Assembly: GCA_032249315.1 (NCBI GenBank)
Contig: JAVVGB010000001.1
Location: forward strand, 4,072 to 68,071
Source: Thermoproteota archaeon
GTDB lineage: Archaea; Thermoproteota; Thermoprotei; Gearchaeales; Gearchaeaceae
Length of the DNA stretch: 64,000 nucleotides
Direction: 5' to 3'
Positions 20,083-27,640 of this stretch are shown in pieces (the first letter of the stretch is position 1; the number at the start of each line of letters is the position of its first letter). Both the position numbers and the translations under genes were made by a program. A model generated the notes under the pieces. The model did no database searches and was not told the DNA's origin. It saw nothing but the letters and a program-made list of their open reading frames with translations.

Positions 20083-20083
20083 T

Positions 20084-20263
20084 TTAAGGTCCTTGAAAAC
20101 CGCATTTTATACAGGTATAGGTATTAACCAATTTTCTGCATTTTTGACATCTTACTATTATACTCCCGCCACAGTTTGGGCATGGAAATTTTATTGCTCT
20201 TTCATACGGTGGAATTATTCTATTACAAGTTGTACACTTAGGCAACTTTAATGAAGATTGCAT
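20084..20263 (-). CDS. Zn-ribbon protein (COG2888 family, conserved neighbour of aEF-1beta), 59 aa
   Basis: Not in the ORF track. Hand translation gives MQSSLKLPKCTTCNRIIPPYERAIKFPCPNCGGSIIVRCQKCRKLVNTYTCIKCGFQGP*, with three to four CxxC pairs. It abuts ef1b with 1-nt spacing. Confidence 0.6.
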   Translation of the reverse strand: MQSSLKLPKCTTCNRIIPPYERAIKFPCPNCGGSIIVRCQKCRKLVNTYTCIKCGFQGP

Positions 20264-20264
20264 A

Positions 20265-21413
20265 TTATCTTAATATATTGTCTATGAATTCCTTTATAAA
20301 CCCTACGCTTAAGTTATAAATTAATTTACGATCAATTAAAAAGTTTTTAATAACGCTATCATGATGATCTATATAACTCTCTTGTATTTTATTTAATGCG
20401 TCTGAAGATTTTATAGCATAAAAAATCTTATCGTAGAAATTGAAAGGCAAAGAGAAAAATATTCTAGAAAATTCATACATGTTTTTAAGAGGATTAGCTA
20501 TATACTTTGAATTAAATTTTTCAATTATGTTCTTATAATAATCATTTCTTTTTAGCACATATTTTGGGAAAAATTTTCCAGTTATTTTTGCTCCTAAAAT
20601 TCCATAATATAATCCTCCTCCTGTAGTAGGTTTCACATGACCAGCAGCATCACCTACTAAAGATACATTATTAAAAACAGTTTGATCAAAAGGCTTATCA
20701 AAAATTATCTTACCACTGTAAATTCCAAAAATTTTTCCTTTAATTCCTTTCTTAGAAATAAATTTATCTAGCATTAGCTTTGGAGAAATGTATTTATTAG
20801 CTAATCCTACAAGAAAAGTATTATTTGATGAAGGAGCATACCATGCAAAAAATCCTTCAGCTTCTTTACAAAGAAAAATTTTAACACATTCTTGATCTTT
20901 GACTTCTCCTTCAAATTCATACTGTATTGCTGGAATCGTTTTAGGAACTTTTACATCAATTAACTTATATTTTGTAGATGCTGCATAAATTATTCCTTTT
21001 GATTCGTATTCTTTGTTATTTGTTATTACTTTTACTTTTTCTTTTTCAATTGAAATCTTTTTTACTCTTTCTCCGAGATTAACCTTTACTCCTTTTTTTA
21101 ATGCTTTTTCAAGCAATAATTCTTCGAAGAGAACTCTTTCTAAAACAAAAACTTTGTGATGTGATAAGGTTATATTGAATTTTATTCCTGTAGGAGATAT
21201 AAATTCAGCTTTTTTAATTTTATTTTTTACGCTTTTAAAAGCAGGTTCACCAATCAACTTTAAAGCTTCATAACTTACTATTCCTGTACAATGTCTAGGT
21301 ATTCCTACTCTTTTATCTTCTTCTATTATTAAAATATCTATATTATTATCAGAAGCTTCTATAGCTGAAGATAATCCTGATGGCCCTCCGCCAACGATGA
21401 TCAAATCATGCAT
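20265..21413 (-). CDS. geranylgeranyl reductase (FAD-dependent digeranylgeranylglycerophospholipid reductase family)
   Basis: 382 aa with an N-terminal FAD motif IIVGGGPSGLSSA and the GGR-family length. Confidence 0.8.
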   Translation of the reverse strand: MHDLIIVGGGPSGLSSAIEASDNNIDILIIEEDKRVGIPRHCTGIVSYEALKLIGEPAFKSVKNKIKKAEFISPTGIKFNITLSHHKVFVLERVLFEELLLEKALKKGVKVNLGERVKKISIEKEKVKVITNNKEYESKGIIYAASTKYKLIDVKVPKTIPAIQYEFEGEVKDQECVKIFLCKEAEGFFAWYAPSSNNTFLVGLANKYISPKLMLDKFISKKGIKGKIFGIYSGKIIFDKPFDQTVFNNVSLVGDAAGHVKPTTGGGLYYGILGAKITGKFFPKYVLKRNDYYKNIIEKFNSKYIANPLKNMYEFSRIFFSLPFNFYDKIFYAIKSSDALNKIQESYIDHHDSVIKNFLIDRKLIYNLSVGFIKEFIDNILR

Positions 21414-21442
21414 ATATTCTATATTTAATTTATTTTAAAAAT

Positions 21443-21799
21443 ATGAATGAAATAAAACAGGTTATTGTTGTTAGGAATGATATTAAAATGGGTAAAGGTA
21501 AAATTGCTGCTCAAGTTGCTCATGCTTCAGTTTCTGCTTTTGTTGAAACATTAAAAGTAAATAAAAAATTAGCAGAAGATTGGCTATTTACTGGACAAAA
21601 GAAAGTAGTTTTAAAAGTTGATAGCTTAGAAGAATTATTAAGTTTGTATAAAAAAGCAATTGAAAAAGGATTAATAGCAGTAATAATAGAAGATAAGGGA
21701 TTAACACAATTGCCTGAAGGAACAATTACTTGTTTAGGTATTGGTCCTGATGAAAATAATAAAATAGATGAAATAACTTCTAAACTTAAGTTGCTTTAA
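21443..21799 (+). CDS. pth2: peptidyl-tRNA hydrolase, archaeal Pth2 type
   Basis: 118 aa with KQVIVVRNDIKMGKGKIAAQVAHAS…, the Pth2 signature. Confidence 0.85.
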   Translation: MNEIKQVIVVRNDIKMGKGKIAAQVAHASVSAFVETLKVNKKLAEDWLFTGQKKVVLKVDSLEELLSLYKKAIEKGLIAVIIEDKGLTQLPEGTITCLGIGPDENNKIDEITSKLKLL

Positions 21800-21964
21800 T
21801 TACTTCTTGACGATTTCTCTCCTTTTTAATCTTAAATTCTTTCTTTTGCATTTTCTGCATTTTTCAGCCTTTATTGAATTTCTTGCACCACATTCTCTAC
21901 ATATTTTTACAAATAGCAGATATTTTTGAGCTAGCTGTATTTTCTCAGGAGAAGGTAAAGGCAT
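21800..21964 (-). CDS. rpl40e: 50S ribosomal protein L40e (54 aa)
   Basis: Not in the ORF track. Hand translation gives MPLPSPEKIQLAQKYLLFVKICRECGARNSIKAEKCRKCKRKNLRLKRREIVKK*, with the L40e C4 Zn motif (KICRECGARN…CRKC). Confidence 0.8.
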   Translation of the reverse strand: MPLPSPEKIQLAQKYLLFVKICRECGARNSIKAEKCRKCKRKNLRLKRREIVKK

Positions 21965-22011
21965 AAATTAAAAATTACAGAAGAACTTTATAAATTTAAA
22001 AAAATTTAAGT

Positions 22012-22518
22012 CTAATCTATCGTTATCCTTACGTTTGTAGATAACAATTTAGATATGACTTTTTCCATTTCTTTTATTCCAATGGTAAGTTTTATTATTT
22101 CTTCTTTACTTATTCTAATATTATATTCATAAGAGCCTTCAGGCGACCATACCTGGTTTAAACTTAAAATTTTTACAGGATAAAAAATTTGCGAAACAAA
22201 TTTTTTAACATCTTTAACTTTCTCAACTATTTTTACATTTTTTCCTGTTTTATTACTTAAGTATTTTGAAAGGGAAGAAACTAATAATGGATTTAAAAGA
22301 GATGGAGATGAAACTATGACTAATAAGTTATCATTGTTTATGCTACTAACCTCTTCCAAGTTTATATTTTTGACCTCTTTAAATTTTTCTTCAATTTCAT
22401 AAAGATACTTTGCTACCTCTACTTCTGTAGAATTTAATATACCTTTTTCAAATTTCTCGCTACATTGAGAACAAAAAATATTACTTAGTGCACATACTTT
22501 GCATACTTTTGCTTTCAT
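22012..22518 (-). CDS. hypothetical protein with an N-terminal CxxC…CxxC zinc-ribbon (168 aa)
   Basis: Starts MKAKVCKVCALSNIFCSQCSEK…; no further assignable motif. Confidence 0.35.
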   Translation of the reverse strand: MKAKVCKVCALSNIFCSQCSEKFEKGILNSTEVEVAKYLYEIEEKFKEVKNINLEEVSSINNDNLLVIVSSPSLLNPLLVSSLSKYLSNKTGKNVKIVEKVKDVKKFVSQIFYPVKILSLNQVWSPEGSYEYNIRISKEEIIKLTIGIKEMEKVISKLLSTNVRITID

Positions 22519-22711
22519 TATATCAATTCTTTAATAAGTTTAACATGCTAAAATAGATTACTTTTTAATATCCATTATTTAAAATGAAAGCCTTGCTTTT
22601 TAGGGCGGGGAAGTCAGTTAATGTTATATCAGTCTCATGTTAAAGAACTAGCTTTAATATGCATAAAAATTGCTAAGCTAATAAATTATTTTAATCATTA
22701 AAAATAACAAA

Positions 22712-23992
22712 ATGAAAAAAGTTTACATAAACGAAATTCCTAAGCTAGTTGATAAAGAAATAGAATTGTATGGATGGGTACATGAAATTAGAGATACTGC
22801 AAAATTCCTATTTATTATTGTAAGAGACGTTACAGGAAAAGCACAAATAACAATAAATAAAGACCAGGAGGAAATATCCAAGATAGGCGAAAAACTACAT
22901 CATGAAGATGTAATATACGTTAAAGGAATAGTTAAAAAATCAGAAATAGCAAAATTAGGTTACGAAATAATTCCAAACGAAATAAAAGTAATTTCCAAAG
23001 CAAAACATCCATTAGCTTTGGATGTTACTAGAAAAGTTGATGCTGAATTAAATACAATTTTAGATGCAAGATATCTTTCATTAAGAAGAGAAGATTATAA
23101 TTCGATATTTAAAATTCAATCTGCATTGGTTAGATATATTCGTGAATTTTTATATGAAAGAGGATTTATTGAAATATTTACTCCTAAAATAATAAAATTC
23201 GCTACAGAAGGAGGAGCTGAACTATTTGAAGTAAAATATTTTGATGAAATAGCTTATCTTGCACAAAGTCCACAAATATATAAAGAAATTTGTTCAGGAG
23301 CCTTTGAAAAAGTATTCGAAATAGCTAGTTATTTTAGAGCTGAAAAATCTAGAACACCTTATCATTTATCAGAATTTTTATCCTTTGATGTAGAATGTGC
23401 TTTTTATAGCTATCATGCAGTAATGGATCTATTGGAATCTTTGATAAAATATGTAATTAACAAGCTCTATGAAAATAATGAAAAAGAGTTTAAAGTTTTA
23501 AAAAGTGAAAAAATAAACGTCGATTATAAATTTGAAAGAATAAAATATGATGAGGTAATTTCAATTCTTGAACCTTATGGTATAAAATGGGGTGATGACT
23601 TGACACAACATACTTTAAAATTGCTTGAAGAAAAAATGGGTAAGAAATTTTTCTTTATAATAGATTGGCCAACGGAATTAAAACCATTTTATACCTATGA
23701 GCATGAAGATAATCCTAAAATAACCAAATCTTTTGATTTTAACTATGGATTTTTAGAAATAGCTTCAGGAGGGGAAAGAATTTATAAAAGTGAGCAACTT
23801 ATTCAAAAACTTAAGAAAATGAACTTAAATCCTGAGAATTTCTCTTTGTTTATAAAGGCTTTAGATTCAGGTATGCCTCCTCATGCAGGTTTTGGCTTAG
23901 GAATATCAAGGCTTTTACTAATTTTAACTAATAGCAGAAACGTAAAGGAAGTTGTATTATTTCCAAGGGATGTTGATAGATTAATTCCTTAA
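22712..23992 (+). CDS. aspS: aspartyl-tRNA synthetase (archaeal type)
   Basis: 426 aa with an N-terminal OB fold and class IIb motifs: LAQSPQIYKE (QSPQ is typical of AspRS rather than AsnRS), FRAE, GFGLGISRLL. Confidence 0.85.
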   Translation: MKKVYINEIPKLVDKEIELYGWVHEIRDTAKFLFIIVRDVTGKAQITINKDQEEISKIGEKLHHEDVIYVKGIVKKSEIAKLGYEIIPNEIKVISKAKHPLALDVTRKVDAELNTILDARYLSLRREDYNSIFKIQSALVRYIREFLYERGFIEIFTPKIIKFATEGGAELFEVKYFDEIAYLAQSPQIYKEICSGAFEKVFEIASYFRAEKSRTPYHLSEFLSFDVECAFYSYHAVMDLLESLIKYVINKLYENNEKEFKVLKSEKINVDYKFERIKYDEVISILEPYGIKWGDDLTQHTLKLLEEKMGKKFFFIIDWPTELKPFYTYEHEDNPKITKSFDFNYGFLEIASGGERIYKSEQLIQKLKKMNLNPENFSLFIKALDSGMPPHAGFGLGISRLLLILTNSRNVKEVVLFPRDVDRLIP

Positions 23993-24070
23993 AAGAAAAA
24001 TTATGAGTCAAGAATGAATTAGAGAGTAAGTAAAAAATCCCATGCGGATATCCTAAAATCAAACGGGTGA

Positions 24071-24217
24071 GTATCCCATAAAGGGAATTGAAAGTATGGA
24101 ACAGGAAATAAAAGAACTATTGGAAGGAGTATCCCATAAAGGGAATTGAAAGAATTTTGGTCTAGCTGATTGTGGCATTGCAGATGCTCTAAAGTATCCC
24201 ATAAAGGGAATTGAAAG
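24071..24217 (+). CRISPR. orphan CRISPR mini-array: 3 identical 24-nt repeats and 2 spacers (34 and 41 nt)
   Basis: GTATCCCATAAAGGGAATTGAAAG occurs at 24071-24094, 24129-24152 and 24194-24217. The spacers are unique. The repeat ends GAATTGAAAG like crenarchaeal type I-A/III repeats, which would give an ATTGAAAG 5' handle. No cas genes lie within 20 kb. Confidence 0.7.
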
Positions 24218-24253
24218 TTAAAAGAAAAATTCTAAAGAACTTATTTATTATTT

Positions 24254-24327
24254 GGGCTGGTGGTCTAGCCTGGTAGGATGTCTGCCTCACACGCAGGAGA
24301 ACCCCGGTTCAAATCCGGGCCAGCCCA
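24254..24327 (+). tRNA. tRNA-Val (anticodon CAC)
   Basis: Acceptor GGGCTGG/CCAGCCC, anticodon stem with loop CTCACAC, T-arm CCCGGTTCAAATCCGGG. Confidence 0.9.
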
Positions 24328-24351
24328 AAATTTGATTTTTTATAATAATTT

Positions 24352-25101
24352 CTATACAGGTTTTGCAGATTCCCAAACATATAAGAAATAATTTTTTGCA
24401 AATTTAGCTAAACCTTCATGGTCTGACCATAAAGCAATAAAATCCCCATCTTCTTCTGATAATAAAAGCAAAACTTCCTTTGAATCAACTATCAATCCTC
24501 CTCCAAACATTTTTTTGGCTACCCTAACTTCTATATTAAGGTTTGAAAATCTGAAAATTGTATCGGATACATCTTTGCTTATTAATGCATATATTTTTAT
24601 ATTTTGAAATCTTATGCTAGTAAATAAATCAGGAATTATTTGCTTTAGCTCAGGATAATACTTAGGTAAAGATAGAAAAAGTTCATGTTTACAAATTATT
24701 ACCATCTCTTTTATTTTAGCAATTATATCATTTTTTCCTCTTATAAGCCATACATCAGATTTTTCCTTTATACCTTTTCTTTCATATATTGCATTTAACT
24801 CGGAAAGTGCAATTTCTACATTTTGTATTAATTTTTTCTCATTTTCTTTTTTAAGATAATCAAGAACTATTTTAGGTTCGATAGGATAATATTTAGCAGG
24901 TCTAGCTTTTTCTATCTTAATAAAACCTTTTTTAAATAAACTAGTTAAGACTTCGTAAACTTTAGTATAAGGTATTTTAGAGATTTGACTAAGCTCATTT
25001 GCAGTTAGATAACCATGAGAAATCAAGGTTTCATAAACTTTTACCTCATAAGCAGTTAATCCAAGTTCATATAAAGCTTTTCTAGCTTGATCTGAAAGCA
25101 T
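24352..25101 (-). CDS. TrmB-family transcriptional regulator
   Basis: 249 aa with an N-terminal wHTH (LGLTAYEVKVYETLISHGYLTANELSQISKIPYTKVYEVLTSLFKKGFI) and a C-terminal effector domain typical of TrmB. Confidence 0.7.
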   Translation of the reverse strand: MLSDQARKALYELGLTAYEVKVYETLISHGYLTANELSQISKIPYTKVYEVLTSLFKKGFIKIEKARPAKYYPIEPKIVLDYLKKENEKKLIQNVEIALSELNAIYERKGIKEKSDVWLIRGKNDIIAKIKEMVIICKHELFLSLPKYYPELKQIIPDLFTSIRFQNIKIYALISKDVSDTIFRFSNLNIEVRVAKKMFGGGLIVDSKEVLLLLSEEDGDFIALWSDHEGLAKFAKNYFLYVWESAKPV

Positions 25102-25140
25102 ATATTAATTAATTTCTTATATTTTTAAAAGTCTTTAAAA

Positions 25141-25554
25141 TTAATAATAAAAATCAACAGCTTTGCCTAAGTATTTTCTTATTCTTATTAATTTATGTTT
25201 AATTTCATTCCCGTAGAAATTATCTTCTTCTAAACATTCTATTTCCTTCTCTACTCCTCCTATACAAGTATGCTTTATTTTTTTTCCTATTTCTGTTTGA
25301 ACTAAACTATAAATATATTTTTCACCAAAATAGCATACAAGCAAAAACCAATCGTTTCCTTCTTCAAGCTCTTCGAAACCTAGTTTTGGTTCTAAAACAA
25401 ATGGTAAACCTATTCTTCTTAGATCAGCGAAAAGCTTTTTGCAAATTCTACAATGATAGATATCAGCAACAGCAACAATTTCTCCTTTATTTAGAAAATT
25501 AACTGCATTATAATAAGTTATAACATGCTCACACTTCGTGCTCATTATATTCAT
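25141..25554 (-). CDS. hypothetical Cys-rich protein (137 aa)
   Basis: ORF track. CEH…CRIC pairs suggest a possible Zn site. Its start overlaps the upstream wHTH gene by 4 nt. Confidence 0.3.
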   Translation of the reverse strand: MNIMSTKCEHVITYYNAVNFLNKGEIVAVADIYHCRICKKLFADLRRIGLPFVLEPKLGFEELEEGNDWFLLVCYFGEKYIYSLVQTEIGKKIKHTCIGGVEKEIECLEEDNFYGNEIKHKLIRIRKYLGKAVDFYY

Positions 25555-25895
25555 TTTTCGTAGTAAGAAGTTAAAAATCTTACCAGTAATTCAGCTTTTT
25601 TCCTTTTTTCTTTTAAACTATTTAAGACTTTTTCTTCCAATATTTTATAAACATTAGTTATTCCCATTCTAGGATGCAAGCATTTAAATCTTTTATTTGT
25701 TCCTTCAATTATAAGACCCATTCCTTTAAATTTTTCTATTATATTCAAAGTTTCATTTTCAGCTATTCCTAATTCGAATATATCCTTTTCAACAAATTCC
25801 TTTTTTCTAAGAATATATAAATATACCTTTATTTCTTCATCATTAAATTCTAATTCCTTTAACAAAGTTACTATTTGTTCTGTTAACCTGCTCAA
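25551..25895 (-). CDS. small winged-helix DNA-binding protein (114 aa)
   Basis: Helix-turn-helix pattern (EEIKVYLYILRKKEFVEKDIFELGIAENETLNIIEKFKGMGLI) similar to a TrmB/MarR-type N-domain. Confidence 0.4.
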   Translation of the reverse strand: MSRLTEQIVTLLKELEFNDEEIKVYLYILRKKEFVEKDIFELGIAENETLNIIEKFKGMGLIIEGTNKRFKCLHPRMGITNVYKILEEKVLNSLKEKRKKAELLVRFLTSYYEK

Positions 25896-25932
25896 GCTTA
25901 GTATTTTAACATCTTTTGATTATATATTCTTT

Positions 25933-26661
25933 ATGAAAATAGAAGACTGTTTATTTCCTGAAGAATTATTATATACTCCAGATTTTAATGTTTGGTTTAA
26001 AGAAATACAAACAAATATATACAAAATTGGTATAACTAGCTTGTTTTCATTTTATTTAGGAAAAATAGTAAGAATTAACTTTAAGCCTATTCTTAGTATA
26101 ATAGAAAAGGGAAAGAATGTTTGCTTAATTGAAAGCTTAAATAAATATGAAGGAATCAGATTGCCTTTCAAAGTTAAATTAATTGAAATTAATGAAAAAA
26201 TACTATCCAAACCAAAAATTGTTAACGATGATCCTTATAATGATGGTTGGTTAGCTTTGATTGAAGCAATGGAAAAACCAATTCTTCTTAAAGAAGTTAA
26301 AAAAGAAGAAGAAAATATAAAAAATCTCATAAAAACTTTAAAAATAAAATGTTTAAAATATGTACCAGATCATCATCTTTATGAAATAGGTGTTGAATGC
26401 GCAGCGGTAATACCGAAGCTTAATGAATTATTTTCTAAAATTCAAGAAAAGGAAATAGTTTTGCTTGTTTCAGATGATCCTACAGCTTACGTGGAAATGA
26501 TAAGATGGACTGATCAAACAAAAAATGAGTTTTTAGATGTAAAAAAAGAAGGAAATTTATGGTATATATTTGTAAGAAAAAATAAACTGGTGAAATACTT
26601 GCTCCTCCTGAATATCCCAATGAAGGCGGACAAAGAGGTGGACATATTCCTAAGGCTTTAA
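25933..26661 (+). CDS. fusion protein: N-terminal GcvH-like lipoyl-type domain plus C-terminal TusA-like sulfur-carrier domain. The last ~25 codons read through into inverted rhodanese DNA.
   Basis: Residues 1-120 carry the GcvH hallmark DPYNDGWL, with ESLNK in place of the ESVKA lipoyl site. Residues ~140-215 resemble TusA (…[40 protein letters not shown]). The native end is probably near 26585. Confidence 0.55.
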   Translation: MKIEDCLFPEELLYTPDFNVWFKEIQTNIYKIGITSLFSFYLGKIVRINFKPILSIIEKGKNVCLIESLNKYEGIRLPFKVKLIEINEKILSKPKIVNDDPYNDGWLALIEAMEKPILLKEVKKEEENIKNLIKTLKIKCLKYVPDHHLYEIGVECAAVIPKLNELFSKIQEKEIVLLVSDDPTAYVEMIRWTDQTKNEFLDVKKEGNLWYIFVRKNKLVKYLLLLNIPMKADKEVDIFLRL

Positions 26662-26840
26662 ATATTCCGTGGAGTATTGCAGTTAAAGAAGATGGAACGA
26701 TAAAAAGCTATGAAGAGCTTAAGCAAATATATGAAAGTCAAGGTGTAACTCCTGATAAAGAAATAATAGTATATTGCAGAATAGGAGAAAGAGCTTCATT
26801 TACATGGTTTATATTCCTTTGGACTTCTAACATCTATTAA
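26586..26840 (+). pseudogene. inverted fragment of a rhodanese (thiosulfate sulfurtransferase) catalytic domain
   Basis: The frame opens after TAA at 26583-85 and has no start codon. It encodes [29 protein letters not shown]…[19 protein letters not shown], containing the rhodanese active-site Cys loop. It is on the opposite strand from the rest of the gene. Confidence 0.6.
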
Positions 26841-27335
26841 TATTTTATCTACGCCAACATACTGTAAGGAAGACTTAACATAATCAAGATATGCTCTAAT
26901 TTTTTCATCAGGCTCTTGAGCAACATAATTTGTTGGAGGAAAACTTGGAATATCTTTTGTTATTGGTCTATCTTCTTCTAACCATTTTTTCCTTCCACCA
27001 TTCATTAATCTAACATCTTTGTGGCCATAGTATTTAAATACCCAAAAAGCAAAGGCAGCAAACCAGTTATTGAAATCACCGTATAATACAACTGTTGTAT
27101 CATTACTTATTCCTAATCTGCTTAAAAGTTTTTCAAAATCAGCTTTTTTTATAATATCCCTAATTAAAGGATCATTCATGTCCTTTTTCCAATCTATTAG
27201 TACTGCATTTGGTACATGTCCTTGATAATAATTCGAAGGATCGTAATCTACTTCAGCTATTCTTATTTGCGGATTGTTTATATTATTTTGTACCCATTCT
27301 GTAGATACTAAAACCTCTGGTTTAAAATAACCCAT
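26796..27335 (-). pseudogene. rhodanese gene, 5' part (N-terminal inactive domain plus the first strand of the catalytic domain), truncated at about 26810
   Basis: 179 aa: MGYFKPEVLVSTEWV…GHVPNAVLIDW… (N-domain), then …[11 protein letters not shown], then KPCK*. Homology stops exactly where the plus-strand fragment's homology ends. Confidence 0.6.
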
Positions 27336-27640
27336 AGAATTATTATAACTTATGTTATATAAAAATTTTAAGAACGATCTAAGACTAGTATCCTAAAACT
27401 GACCTCCTAAAATAATGAGAAGTAAAAAATTTGAAATTTATAACGTGAACAAGGTTAAAACTCACAATAATTAAAAGGAAGTTCAAGTATAAATAGGGGC
27501 AGTTATCTATTTATTTTATAAATAATAAAGGAGACAAATACGTGAAAAGTATCTATAAAATCTAAAAAACAAGTAATTAACCTTTTTAACATATGTAAAG
27601 TTAATGAAGGTTTTTAAACCCTTAAACAAATGATAATTCA

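Noticed and set aside
24040-24066. Possible fourth, degenerate CRISPR repeat upstream of the array
   Set aside because: It shares only about half of its positions with the repeat (ATCCCATGCGGATATCC against GTATCCCATAAAGGGAATT). It is mentioned in the finding but not annotated as a repeat.
25933-26840. Single three-domain GcvH–TusA–rhodanese protein made by programmed +1 frameshifting
   Set aside because: The rhodanese fragment starts mid-domain (it lacks the IDxRxxxEY strand), and that strand is encoded on the opposite strand immediately adjacent. An inversion explains the data better than recoding.
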